Shown in pieces: positions 47,039 to 58,985 of a stretch of 64,000 bases of DNA. The stretch is taken from NCBI GenBank assembly GCA_040285825.1, contig JAUPSS010000001.1, forward strand, positions 3,720,001 to 3,784,000, read 5' to 3'. Within the stretch, counting starts at the first letter, position 1, and each line of letters opens with the position of its first letter. The translations under genes and the position numbers were made by a program. The notes under the pieces are model-generated. The model ran no database searches. It was not told the origin of the DNA and worked only from the letters and a program-made list of their open reading frames with translations. This stretch comes from Eukaryota sp. TZLM1-RC. Taxonomy: Eukaryota; Protista; Metamonada: BaSk clade.

Positions 47039-48499
47039 CTAAAGTATGAAATTTTCAGCTGTAAACTCTAGAATTTTTAAGCTTCCATCCAAAAATAGAA
47101 CGACAACTCTATATAAATAACCATCCACCAAAACCGAATCTAGTCCACATATAGGAGCTTCTACATCAAAAACAACATCACAACCCACTTCAAATGAATA
47201 TTCTAAGTTGCTATCAATACCTAGATTAATTACTTTTAAAACATTACTGGCTTGGGAGGCGACAAGAATTACACCTAATTTCTCCAAGAAAGTAACAAGG
47301 GAAAGTCTATTCAGTGATTGATGTTCGACAAATATTTGGGCTAAAGGATACAAATGAGTGATTGTGGAATATTGCCCATTATACAAATTAATCAAGAAAA
47401 ATTCAGTCATTGTGCAATAAACCGCCAAAAATTCAACTTGTGTATCAATAACAAACTCTTCTTGTCTCGATGATCCCAGCTCGTCAGCTCTAAAAATTTC
47501 ATTTCTTCTCAAAATTTGTGAAATTAAATCTTGATCTGTATATCTTGCTGCCAACAACTGAATGATGTCACTAACAAGGCCATTACTGTCTACTGGTAAA
47601 ACAACTTGGGGTTCAGAAGATAGATCAGAATCAGTTAGACTTTGACTGACTTCTGACTGACTTTGACTGACTTCTGACTGACCTTGATTGACCAATCTGT
47701 AGCATAATTGCTTTGGTTTTAACAGTTTCACACACCATCCCCATTGAGATGAGGGCTTAAGATCATTTAAAATCGTAGACGTGGAGTGTTGAAAAAGACG
47801 AAAATGACCATCAATGCAAGCACTGGCAAGGTAGTCTTCGTAAGAGTCTAGGCAAGGAATATTGTGGTCGTGGAAGTTGAGGAGAGAAGAAGTGGAAAGC
47901 GTGGTAAGATTGAATGAGAAAATATCATGGCTGTTGTTTGAAACAAAAACACTTGGTTGACTTTGTGAGACTTCTGCTTGACTTTGGTTGACTGAGGGAG
48001 TGGTCATTGTAACACCCCATGCATCATCGTTGGTTTGGAGAGTGGTCATGGTGAAGCCTTGGGTGTGGGGCAGAAATACGTTGCATTCACCATTAGTGTG
48101 AACTGAGAGGATTGCTATCGTAGAAGAGGTTAGAGCTTGTTTGGTGATGTAGTTGATGTGGTTAGAGGGTGAAGTATAGGGATTGAGGATAGACGAGTGT
48201 GTGAAATTGAAGGTGTGGATGTCATACAAGTGGATGTGAGCACCCACAGCCAAAAAAAGGTTATTGGGAGAGGTCAAGAGCACAAGATTCAGCTTATAAG
48301 GAATGATATCGATATCGAATTTTGTGGAGCAGACAACACGATGAACTACAGGAGTACGCCAAGGAGGAAACATTCCGGTGAAGCATGATTCAGCAAAGAT
48401 GTGTTGAGTGTTTTCAAATAGCAGCCGCGTCCTATTCTCATTTTCCAACAATTTTGCACTTTCACGTGTGATGTTCACAACCTCATTGCTCACGGCCAT
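47039..48499 (-). CDS. WD40-like beta-propeller protein, CRT10-like
   Basis: HINY, AWG, HDHNIPCL, QWGW and NRLS motifs. Confidence 0.6.
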   Translation of the reverse strand: MAVSNEVVNITRESAKLLENENRTRLLFENTQHIFAESCFTGMFPPWRTPVVHRVVCSTKFDIDIIPYKLNLVLLTSPNNLFLAVGAHIHLYDIHTFNFTHSSILNPYTSPSNHINYITKQALTSSTIAILSVHTNGECNVFLPHTQGFTMTTLQTNDDAWGVTMTTPSVNQSQAEVSQSQPSVFVSNNSHDIFSFNLTTLSTSSLLNFHDHNIPCLDSYEDYLASACIDGHFRLFQHSTSTILNDLKPSSQWGWCVKLLKPKQLCYRLVNQGQSEVSQSQSEVSQSLTDSDLSSEPQVVLPVDSNGLVSDIIQLLAARYTDQDLISQILRRNEIFRADELGSSRQEEFVIDTQVEFLAVYCTMTEFFLINLYNGQYSTITHLYPLAQIFVEHQSLNRLSLVTFLEKLGVILVASQASNVLKVINLGIDSNLEYSFEVGCDVVFDVEAPICGLDSVLVDGYLYRVVVLFLDGSLKILEFTAENFIL

Positions 48500-48795
48500 T
48501 CTGATAGCCTGCAAATCATGTTGATAGAATATCGGGATTTTATGCCCTTTTCACTACAGAACTCAATGTTATCATTGTAGACTTGAATTTTGAGTTTGTT
48601 AGTGTTGCTACAATACCTTTTTGGATGTTGATCGGATTGCGTTCTTGATTGTGTTGAGGTGTAGGGGACACAAATACCTATTTGATAATGTCGTAATGGA
48701 AAAATGTTGTTTCGAGCTAAAGATCTTTGAATGTCACTAATCCGAGGCCATAGTTGTCCTCTGTTAGTCTTGAATAGTAACCATTGGTGTACCAT
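48490..48795 (-). CDS. Possible small hypothetical protein with two candidate introns (48644-48677 and 48582-48616)
   Basis: Two GTAT..AAG segments of 34 and 35 nt (one with CTAAC) whose removal keeps the frame; no recognised homology. Confidence 0.35.
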   Translation of the reverse strand: MVHQWLLFKTNRGQLWPRISDIQRSLARNNIFPLRHYQIGICVPYTSTQSRTQSDQHPKRYCSNTNKLKIQVYNDNIEFCSEKGIKSRYSINMICRLSEWP

Positions 48796-49119
48796 TGGAA
48801 TACTAACCAACAGCCAAGACCATCACCTCTACAAAACAACGACTGAATAGGTCCTCCAAATTTTATATCAATAGTTTGTTCTCGAGAATTTTCCAAGAGT
48901 ATTGTTTTTGGAGAAATTGAAAACTACATCTTAGTGAAACAATTACAATTAGCCCCGCCAGCACAATCCCCTTCTCAATGGAAATGAGAAATTTTACTTC
49001 AGAATTGAAAAATAATAAATGGAATATTTCATCCTTCTGGAAATATTTTGCTCGAAAAAACAAAAATTGTTTTAAAAAAATTTGGAAATAGAAAAATTGT
49101 AAAATCAAAAATTTACCGA

Positions 49120-51600
49120 AAATTGTGTTTACGTGGTCGTTATGGTGCCGCAAAGCAGTCCTTGTTTTCCTCTTCTTTGGCTGATGCAAACTCTGATACC
49201 CTTGAAAAACTTCAAAAATTGCATCCTCGAGAAAATTTCAAGTGCAGCAAGCCTGATGTGTGTCCTTTTTAGATTGAAAATCCTGTTACTGCAATTGAAG
49301 TACTTAAAATTATTCAAAAATTACCAAAGGGGAAAGCAGCAGGCCCATCTGGAATTTCTTTTGATCTCTTAAAAATAGCGTGTTCCAGTGCTCCCGAAAT
49401 TGCTGATGGTCTAGCCCATTATTTTCAACAATTAATTGTTTTGAAAGTTAATCCTCCATTTGAATTACTCACTGCACGTCTGATTGCTTTAGTAAAGCCT
49501 GGAAACGGAATCAAAGCTGATGGAATACGCCCAATTGCTGTTGGTGAATCTCTTTCTCGTTTGCTGGATCAATTGTCTTCGATCGTGTCAAAGACAAAGC
49601 TTCTACATTTTTGAATCCTCATCAATTTGGAATCACAACAATTGATGGTGCTTCTGTTGCTGCTATTGCCTCTCATACCTTTTTTAATTCTGTAAAGCGA
49701 GAAGCAATTTTTGATGTTATTAAATCTGATTTTCCTGAGCTATCGAGTTTTTTTTTTACCATTTTTATGGGAAAGAATAAGATTTAATTTTTAATTCATT
49801 TGGTCTGAAATCATCTTCTGGTGTGAAGCAAGGTGCTCCTTTAGGCCCATTATTGTTTTGTTCAGCTATTCACAAAACTTTAAATATCATTAAGCAAAAA
49901 TACCCTTCCATAAAAATAGTTGCTTATATGGATGATATACCCTTAATTGGTTCATTTGATTTACTAGAATTGGTTGCTCAAGAAATTGCCGATTCTTATG
50001 AAAATATTGGGCTTCATCATAATGCCAGCAAATGTCTTCTGATTGGCTCTTCTGCTCAAGACCTCGTGATAAACGATTCTATTGTCACTTTTACTAATTA
50101 TAGTAGTGATGCTTTTAAGTTCCTTGGTTGTTGGTGAGGAAACGTGCCTCAAATTCAGAATGAATTGCAAGTTACTTTGGAAAAAATGAAAATTGAACTT
50201 GATTCAATTTCTTCTTTAGATATAGAAAAGCATATTAAATTTTTCATGCTTAAAATTTGCTACACTGGGAGAATAACCCACATTTTGAGATCTTGTGCTC
50301 CTTCCACAGCATCAGATTTTTGTCGTTCATTTAATTCATTGAGAACAGAATGTTTTGCTGATTTATTGGATGTGGAACCAGGAATGTTGAAAAGTCAATT
50401 ATTTTCCTCAGCAAATTTGGGTGGTATTGGATTTACTAAATCTTCAATTTTGTGTCAATCAGCATTCTTGGGTGGTGGCAAAAATTTTATTTATGAATTT
50501 TCTCGTAGATTTCCTGATGATTCTCATTTGTTAGTCCCCAATTGCAGTCATTATTTGCATGAGTTATCTTTTGAACTTGAAAAATTGCCGCCACAAATTT
50601 GGACCAAATGTTTTCCTCAATCAATTCAAGAAATTCCAAACCGATCTCTTTTTAATTTACAGTTTTGCTGTAAAAAGCTTCAACAAAAATTGTCAAAGAT
50701 TTTTGAAAGCTTGGATTTTGATGTTAGACTTGGCTTGGCCAAGAAAAAGGATCCCGCTTTTGCAAATCTTTTACAAGATATGTGTGACAGTACTTCTTCT
50801 GCCTTAGTAACAACAATTCCACAGGTTTATGGTACTCTCTTAACCGATTCTGCTTGGACTCTGAATATGAGATTTTGTTCGTTTATCTGGCCTGATAATT
50901 TACCTCAAAATTGAATTTGTAAATGTTCTCGAGAAATTACTACTCATTTGTTAAATTGTAAACATTTTATTACTTTTAGAAGCAAGGTTCATGATGCTGT
51001 AAGAGACCAGTTATATTGTATGTGTAAATCTCATAGAATTGAATCCTTCTTGGAACCTCTATTGTCAAATCAGTTTGATACTGAAGATGATTTTCATAAG
51101 AATAATAGAGGTGATGTTATATTACCTGGATTAGATGGAAGTTTCATTTTAGTGGATGTAATGTCTGTTGATCCTTGTAATGCCTCAAATGAAAGGCTAG
51201 TTAATTCTGAAATTCATAATCCCCTTTCAAATGCTGAAAATTTTAAATTCAAAAAATACAATGAACCTTTGTCCAAATTGGCCAGTCTACAGCATGCAAA
51301 ATACAATTTGTATCCATTTGTATTTTCCCTTTTTTGTTCACTTTCACCAACTGCTTTACGTTTTTTTGGATGATTTTGAAATGATTGCAAAGAGAAGAAC
51401 TGGGAGAAATTTCAACAAATTGTTTTAGCAAAATAGAATTGTGTTTTCTATTTTTTAGGGGATGTTGAAGATGGTTTCTGATGCTTTGCTTTCTCTTGGA
51501 TCTCACTATGAGAGAGTTGCATCTAGTGTTTTTGTTCTGGGAGAGATGGATTGTTAAGATGTTGATTTATAGGTTTTGTATAAAATTAAATAAAAAAATA
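49120..51600 (+). mobile_element. CRE/SLACS-like non-LTR retrotransposon (family A), defective
   Basis: Same RT, knuckle and RLE motifs as 18080-20564; A-rich tail at ~51580-51600. Confidence 0.93.
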
Positions 51601-51639
51601 GTGAAACAATTGTATAAATAAATTTTATAAGTATTGAGT

Positions 51640-51830
51640 TAAATTTGTGTTTCTTTTAGTGCTGTGGATAAATCCAAAAGTACTCCAATTTCGCTCAGCC
51701 GCCGACGAAACCACCACACGTCTAACCAAACGTGTGTCTAACGAACTCAAAAGTCGTAAATTAGCCATTGATCGCCACCAAAGCGATAAATTGATTTTTA
51801 CCCCTAGTTCTTTCATACATTTGAATTGTA
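51640..51830 (-). pseudogene. hAT transposase C-terminal dimerisation-domain remnant
   Basis: WW..L..SSAAERNWSTFGFIHSTKRN. Confidence 0.8.
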
Positions 51831-52569
51831 GAGAATGAATAAGTATTGTTTCTCTACTGATGTAACTTATCTAGTGTAACGCTACAAGTAATCAATAATA
51901 GATTAGTTTCAATAGTTGAATTGGTGAATGATTATAGTCATTTTGTGTTTATATAGTGTTGATTTTGTTAAATACTGAACATGGTAAACTTGATGACTGC
52001 CTAGTGGATGTTAAAATTCTGAAAAAATTCAGTAATAATGGATAAAACAAATTAAAATAATACAATTAATTCCAAAAGATTGACTGAAAACTTACTGTTA
52101 ATCATCATTATGTAGAACGAACCTGCTCAGGCCACGTAATTTTATCCAAGCTTGGTTTCCAATCAGTGGACCAGATTGAATTCATGCTTTGCAAATAAAA
52201 ATTCGAGAACAATATAGAAATGATGTCAATCCGATACTTCAAACGTATTTAGTCAGATCTGTCGTTTTACGGAGCTTAACACACAGTACTATTTATCTTA
52301 GTTCAGTTTTTTAGACTCTTAATGATCCGATAAAGGTATCAAAATGATGTAGTGAAATCGTTCTCCACACATTTTTCAGCTCAGTCGATTTTTAACACTA
52401 TGTAGAGGAGTTCCTTCATCCAGAGCACTTTTTTGTCCTGGTAAACAAAGATTTTTCACTGAAGAGTTGATAGTCTTGAATCTAACTGATTTTCATTATT
52501 ATTGTTTCTATTATTGAACAGTCATAGTTTTAAGCTCAACAAAAACCCCAACTAATGCTTTTACCTACT

Positions 52570-52730
52570 CAATACCCCATCAATTGAATGATGGCAGATT
52601 GTCGCTATTCACTTGCATAGCAGTTCGCTTGTTATAAAACTCCGCAAGGTCAGTCAAAATGGAGTCATTATGACGGTGAAGAGCTTTCAATAACGAAAAA
52701 ACGATTCTGTTCTTCAAAATCAAAATATCA
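52570..52730 (-). mobile_element. Short RLE C-terminal fragment of another retrotransposon family
   Basis: KNRIVFSLLK motif. Confidence 0.45.
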
Positions 52731-52771
52731 AAGGTACGGAGACTTTGTCTTGTAAGTGTAAGACCACTTGT

Positions 52772-53060
52772 TTTCATTGCTTTCCCATTTTCGATAAACG
52801 GAAGACTATGAGTAGAAGCAGGAATTTTTTTTGAATGATTTCCAAAAATGGTTCAAGAAAAACCAATGAAAAGATTTGATATGTTTTTATAGCGTTCTCG
52901 AATTCACTTTGCCATAATTAATAAATTGTTTCGGTTTTTGACTCGAATTAGAGAAGCATTAGCGAGACAGCAAGCAGATCAAGATTTTGTAAAGGAAATC
53001 TTGGTTCAGTGAATTTCGTCTTATTAGTTATGCTTTTATTTTATAAAGTGGACAAGATTT
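52772..53060 (+). mobile_element. 3' fragment of family C retrotransposon
   Basis: FIAFPFSINGR..LARQQADQDFVKEILVQ*. Confidence 0.85.
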
Positions 53061-53129
53061 TATACACAATAATTGAAAGCGTAAATTGTTTTGAAAGAAA
53101 ATCTTTATATACTTTATCTCTCAATCAAA

Positions 53130-53339
53130 ATGGACAACCAACAACAAGACTCCTCCAAGGATATCCAAGCTGAAATGAACAGTGCCACTCTTCCCATCAG
53201 GGCATACCTTGACCAAACGGTGGTTCCAGTTCTTCTCCAAGGTTTAGCTGCTTTGGCGAAGGAACGACCTGCTAAACCAGTTCAATTCCTCGCCGCTTAC
53301 TTACTCAAGAACGACCCAGATAATGAAGGTGATGAATAA
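53130..53339 (+). CDS. DPY30: Dpy-30 (COMPASS subunit / Dpy-30 motif)
   Basis: [36 protein letters not shown]. Confidence 0.93.
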   Translation: MDNQQQDSSKDIQAEMNSATLPIRAYLDQTVVPVLLQGLAALAKERPAKPVQFLAAYLLKNDPDNEGDE

Positions 53340-53620
53340 GTCACTGGCGCCCTAAATCTCCTCTGCGCTTGACTAGTTTCCTTTTGTATTAAAATAAATC
53401 ATTGTACGTTCCTGTAGTTCCATTTTTGCTTTACTTGACTCGTCAACACACTGGGGCACCATTTGGTGTAAGCAATCCTGAACAACATATTCATTTTACC
53501 AAATACACAATTGTTGAGCAAATTCTCACAATAGTTTGCTCTCTATCATTACCACGTTATAGGTCTCACTACTCTGCATCATCTTCATTGAGTTTCTTTC
53601 ACATAGGTTCTGTGAATTCA

Positions 53621-54583
53621 ATGATCTCGATTTCACTTAATCAGCTATCCAAACAAAACGCTATATTCACATTCTCTGACCGTTTTTACACCCACTTTGA
53701 CGAAATCCGACAGCAAAGACTCCCAACCTCCCTTCGCTACATCACAGAACTCCACATAGATCCGCAATCACTTAAACCAGACCCCAATGTCGTCTCCATC
53801 CTCCAAGAAATCTACAACACATGTACTCTTACTTCCAACACAATCACTCTCAGTCAGTACATCAACCTTCACTACATTCTCTCTTCAGTCCTTGCACCAA
53901 GTCTCACCCGTGAATATATTGCAACTGCTGCGAGATCAGACTATAGCATAGATAGATCTTCTACAACAAAACCAATGACGTGTTTCGAGTTTATTGAGTC
54001 AATGTACTACTTGGTGATTGCACGGTGTCCGCCTAACGTGACATTTTTGGAATTTTCACGTGAAATTCTGACCTTCATCACTTCCTCACCATCCTCTCCT
54101 CAATGCCAACGTCTACAGAGTTCCCTTCGAAACCCATCAGCACAATTAATAGCTGGTGAAGGTACAAAGTTTAGGACGTTTCATCAATTTATCAAAAACA
54201 ATAATTCTATTCCGTTACCCCTAAGTCAAGTTAGTCCATCTTTTGATAGTTGGAAACCCAGTCCACGTCAACACGGTCAAAAATCACGTTTTCAGGGTCA
54301 AAAGTCAGGGAAAGTGTCAAAAAGTAGACGGGAAGTCAAACGAAGTCAAGGAGGGTCACGTCAGCTATCATCACCATTATTAGTATTACCCTCAAGTTGC
54401 AAACACTTGGATCTTGATCAATTCAAAGAAACCCCCACTGGTACTTATTTCAAACAGTCTACAAGCAAAGCTTTCACACCATCAGTAATTAAGAGCTTGT
54501 CTCAACCAAAGTTTAATCCTAAATTACCGACTCTTAGTGTTGAAGAAGTATTTGGTAGAATCAATGGTTTTCGCAGGAAATAA
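53621..54583 (+). CDS. Hypothetical protein (degenerate EF-hand-like core, S/K/P-rich tail)
   Basis: Long ORF with host-like composition; start uncertain. Confidence 0.6.
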   Translation: MISISLNQLSKQNAIFTFSDRFYTHFDEIRQQRLPTSLRYITELHIDPQSLKPDPNVVSILQEIYNTCTLTSNTITLSQYINLHYILSSVLAPSLTREYIATAARSDYSIDRSSTTKPMTCFEFIESMYYLVIARCPPNVTFLEFSREILTFITSSPSSPQCQRLQSSLRNPSAQLIAGEGTKFRTFHQFIKNNNSIPLPLSQVSPSFDSWKPSPRQHGQKSRFQGQKSGKVSKSRREVKRSQGGSRQLSSPLLVLPSSCKHLDLDQFKETPTGTYFKQSTSKAFTPSVIKSLSQPKFNPKLPTLSVEEVFGRINGFRRK

Positions 54584-55128
54584 TGTTTTTTATTGTTTAT
54601 TTTTTGACAATTGTGTTTTTTATAATATTTGTTTAATGATAATGTTGCGATGAATCATCAAATGATTGTTGATTTGATTGATTTTCTACACGATTTGTTT
54701 TGTGAATAATGGGAATTAATTTATTTTGGTTTTTGAGGTTTTTTTATTATAATGTTTGTTTGTTTTTCTTTATTGAAAACTCAAAATTTTGATTAAAATC
54801 TTGTAAATATTATTGTATTTAATCCTGAAACCGAGAAAGGTAGAGTAAAAAGATAATGTTTTTGGTGAACTCCAATAACAAACCAACACGTGATCGACCC
54901 ATAACATATAGAGGCTTGCCATTTGCCACTCTTGGTTCCAAGTTGAAAATAATGAGAACACTATTCAAATATAACTTTGCAATTATCAAAATTAGAAATA
55001 ATTGTCTACAAGAAATTTGGTTTCCGTAACAATTGGTAAAAGTAAATGCTCAAAACAATGAATCTTCTTTCATTTATTTGATCTGTTGAAAAACAAAAAT
55101 GTTACCTGCCATCAGGACATAAAATTTT

Positions 55129-55201
55129 TACCTTCGCCTGGTCTCGATCCAGGGACCTTGAGGTTATGAGCCTCACACGCTTCCAACTGCGCCACGAAGG
55201 A
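55129..55201 (-). tRNA. tRNA-Met(CAT), initiator type
   Basis: Cloverleaf with CCTTCG/CGAAGG acceptor, TGGCGCAG box A, TGAGG-CTCATAA-CCTCA anticodon arm and T-loop ATCGAGA (A54/A60); TTTT downstream. Confidence 0.92.
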
Positions 55202-55647
55202 CAGATGGAAGATTGGGAACTATTTGAAGAATGTTTGGATCGAACCTAACATCAAAACCCAATCAGATGTTCCCACACTGGTCTTGTTATCAATTACGTT
55301 ACATTGTTATTGCATTTAAACTTAATCAAGAATATTTATTTACTTTTACAGGAAAGTTCTAATTTTTAAATAAATGAATTTTTTTGAAAAAAAATATTGA
55401 AAAATTTGCTGGATTTGGATCGGACGTTAATAAAGATTGAATAAGCAAATATTTCATAAACTTATAAAAACAAACATAGACTATTTGATATTAAAAATAA
55501 TTAAAAACATGTAAATAAAATCAATGAGCTCTAAGAGTGAAGCATAGAACATCCTAAAATATTTGAAAGCTGAATTCTTAGCAAAAAAGCAAAAACAATT
55601 AAAATACAATTAATTGATTTAATTTCTCGCAAAAATCACTTGTAAAT

Positions 55648-56904
55648 TCATGGATTTAAAAAAGTTTTCTTTAAAATATTCAATCTTTTTTCCAATCTAT
55701 TTTGATAAATTACAGCCTCTATAGCTTTCCTAAATTTTTGACAAACCAATGATCGATACTTTAGTTTTTCAGCCATTAAACTGCTCTTTCGGAGTTCAAA
55801 ACATTGAGATAAGGGCAAGACCTTTCCATCTACTACCTTAGTGGCAGTCGGAAACCTCACGTCATTTGATTCACAATTTGATTGGTTGATTGGCTCACAA
55901 ATTGAGGGTGGAGTTTTGACCTGTTCTGTTTTCTTGATTGAACGACTTCCATTAGTTCTTGATCCCTTACTGATTGACTGACTTCCAATAGTTTTTAACC
56001 CTCTACTAACTGACTGACTTCCTTTTAGTTTTTCTGCTGCTTTGACAACACAATTGAACGTGTCTCCCGGTACACACGAACCAGAGAGATGACTCTTAAC
56101 AATGCAAGTACCGAGATCAACAGAAAGAGTAGAAGTGGCTGTGCCAAGAACACAAGGTGTAAAAGTAAGGATGATGGTACAAGGAAGGGTGCCAAGGTTA
56201 GGGTTAGGGTTAGGGTTAGGGTTAGGGTTAGGGTTAGGGTTAGGGTTAGGGTTAGGGTTAGGGTTAGGGTTAGGGTTAGGGTTAGAAGATTCAGATAATG
56301 TAAGGTCCTTGTCAACGTTGGGTTCCATCATCTTGATTGATTGACTTCCATTCGTTGTTGACTGCCTTGTGATTGATTGAGCTTGAAAAGAAATGGCTGA
56401 GGAGAACCCTACATCTTGGTCTATAATGGTTTGGAAATGTTCAACTTCTAGGCTTTGTGAATGTTTATCTAATTCAAAAGACAGAGAGTGTGAGGATCCC
56501 AATGGTACCTTACCAAAGTCAATGTACTTGGGAAGAGAGATGGTAGAAGGGACAGAGGAGAGAATTACTGGAATCTTGATAACATACGGACTTGATTGAG
56601 AGTTAGATTGAGAGTTAGGAGCGTATTTGGTAAAAGCATGGAGTGTAATCATTGTGGAAAAGTGGGAGAGGTCGGGTGGAAAAGAGGGTTTGACAGAGAG
56701 AGCGTATGTATTTCCGGAACAAATCCAGCTAGTGTTTCGTGATGCGAAATGTTGTTGTATTGAGAGAAATTTAGTTTGGAGAGGTAGAAGCACAAATCGA
56801 CAGGGTACATTAAAAGAGTTGGTCAGCGAAATGGTTTGTGATGTGGAGGATCCTGGTACAAAAACCAAAGAACGTGGTGAAGGTGAAGGTGGAGTGTTGG
56901 ACAT
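55648..56904 (-). CDS. CFAP221/PCDP1-like ciliary ASH/Ig-domain protein with an (NP)15 insert
   Basis: QTISLTNS..RF..LP.QT.F, P..IDFG.VPLG, TFTP..GTA, GSCVPG. Confidence 0.65.
   Translation of the reverse strand: MSNTPPSPSPRSLVFVPGSSTSQTISLTNSFNVPCRFVLLPLQTKFLSIQQHFASRNTSWICSGNTYALSVKPSFPPDLSHFSTMITLHAFTKYAPNSQSNSQSSPYVIKIPVILSSVPSTISLPKYIDFGKVPLGSSHSLSFELDKHSQSLEVEHFQTIIDQDVGFSSAISFQAQSITRQSTTNGSQSIKMMEPNVDKDLTLSESSNPNPNPNPNPNPNPNPNPNPNPNPNPNPNLGTLPCTIILTFTPCVLGTATSTLSVDLGTCIVKSHLSGSCVPGDTFNCVVKAAEKLKGSQSVSRGLKTIGSQSISKGSRTNGSRSIKKTEQVKTPPSICEPINQSNCESNDVRFPTATKVVDGKVLPLSQCFELRKSSLMAEKLKYRSLVCQKFRKAIEAVIYQNRLEKRLNILKKTFLNP
56196..56285 (+). repeat. Interstitial telomeric repeat (TTAGGG)x15
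   Basis: Perfect 90-bp hexamer array. Confidence 0.97.
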
Positions 56905-57029
56905 TAGTTAATAAACCCTATATCCAAATGGCGGAAAGCTGTTGAAATTGCTGAAGACAAAATGATTTGAGAGTGTTTCCGAAAAGATTTTTTTGTACAT
57001 TTTTTTATTCAAACAAAATTGTAAAAAAC

Positions 57030-58985
57030 TAAAAATCAATATTCTCAAACTTCACATCTACTATTGAAAATTTACCTACAGCATTTTCTTCATAATAATT
57101 TTCCTAGTAATAACAACGACCTAGAAACAAGGCTATTCATTCCCTTAAAAATAGAAAATACAATTCTGTTTTGCCAAAAGGCTCGGTCTAATATTCTTAC
57201 AGTTTTATTTTTGGCAATAGATGAGAAATCATCCAAAAAAGATAACGCAGTTTTACCCAGGGTTCCAAATAAAGAAAAAGCAAAAGGACAAAGAATGTAT
57301 TGAGTATGTGAGTTGGAATTCAGATAATTGATTTTTTCTGTGTACTTGATAATTTTGGCTTCTTCAGCTCTACGTAAAGGTGAATTATAAGATTATGCCA
57401 ATTTTTCATTTGAGCTGTTTGATACATCAGTAGGTCTGACATCAATAATGATCATTGATCCATCAAGTCCGGGAATTAGCACATCACCACGGCTGTCACC
57501 AAAAGACAGATTCATCAACCAAATTTGAAAGCAAAGGTTCTAAAAAAGATTCGAACTTGTAAGACTTAAACATACAATAATAAGCTGATCACGAACTGCA
57601 TCATGCACTTTTTATCTAAAAGTAATGAAACGATTACAATTAAATAAATGGGTTGGAGTGACAGACTTTCCACATTTACAAATTAATCCATGAGGACGAT
57701 TATCAGGCCAAATAACAGATCGAAGACGCATAGATAAAAAAAAGCAAGGGTCATTGAGAAACAACCCATAAACTCTTGGTACTTGATTAATTAAACAAGA
57801 GGCAGAATTATCACAAACATCCAGTAAAAAATTTGGAAAAACGGGAGGTTTTTTGCTTGGCCATGCCAAGACGTACTTCATAATCCAAGCCTTCAAATAT
57901 TACTGTCAGTTTTTGTTGAAGCTTCTTCACACAATACCTTAAATTAACTAAATTTCGTGGAGGAATCTCTTCAACTGAGTCGGGAAAACATTGACACCAA
58001 ATTTATGGTGCAATTTTATTAATGGCAACACCAAGGTCATACAAATATTTGGTAGATGATGGATTAAGCAAATGAATATCTTCAGAAAAACGATTAAGAA
58101 ATTCAAAAGTAAAATTTTACCACCACCAACAAAAGCTGTCTGACACAGAATTAAAAATTTGGTAAAGCCAACACCACGAAATTGTGAAGAAGAAAACAAG
58201 TGAGCTCGAATTAGCCCAGGATTCATTTCTAATAGGGAAGCAAAGAAAGTTGCACGAAGTTGATTAAATGATCGGCAAAAATCGGAAGACAATGAAGGTG
58301 CTGTCGACCTCAATAAATGAGTAATTTTTCCGGAGTAACAAATTATTAAAATAAAAAATTTTAATATGTTAATTTCAATTTCTAATTCAGAAATTAATTG
58401 AAGCTTATTACCAAGTTTTGCAACAATTTCGCTGAGATTTTCAGTAATTTCGTCAACAGTTCCTAACCAACATCTCAGAAAACGAAAAGCTTCTTGTGAA
58501 TAATTTCTAAAAGGAATTTTACAATTATTAATTTTAAACTCTTTGAAATCATTACCAATTAATAAACATTTTTTTTAGGATTCAAGTGAAGACCAATGAT
58601 TTCGTATTTTTCAGCAATTTCATTTGAAGCTTTTTGGACAACATCAAAAGGACCGATAAGATGTGATCCATGTAACCCACAATTTTGAGAGATGGGTATT
58701 TTTCATTAATTGCTTTTAAAGATTCCTGGATTGTTATGCAAAATAATAATGGGCCCAAAGGGTCCCCTTGTTTTACACCAGATGAAGACTTGAGAGAAAA
58801 AACATCATATACTAATTCACTTGGTTTACCGTAAAACAAGTAGAAATAACTTGATAGTTCAGTGAAATGTTTTTGAATTATTTCGTAAATTGCTTTTCCT
58901 TTTACACTGTTGAAAGCATTGCAGAAATCTAAATTGAAAATAATGTTGTTTCCTTTGGAGTTAAAGAACATGTTCTTTTAACTTT
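57030..58985 (-). mobile_element. Degenerate CRE/SLACS-like retrotransposon (family E)
   Basis: DFCNAFNS, GVKQGDPLGP, CKC..H..C and RGDVLIP motifs. Confidence 0.9.

Noticed and set aside
56025-56344. ORFs with (LT)n, (RV)n and (GL)n repeats, or a chromosome end
   Set aside because: These are alternative-frame translations of the telomeric array; unique coding sequence continues on both sides
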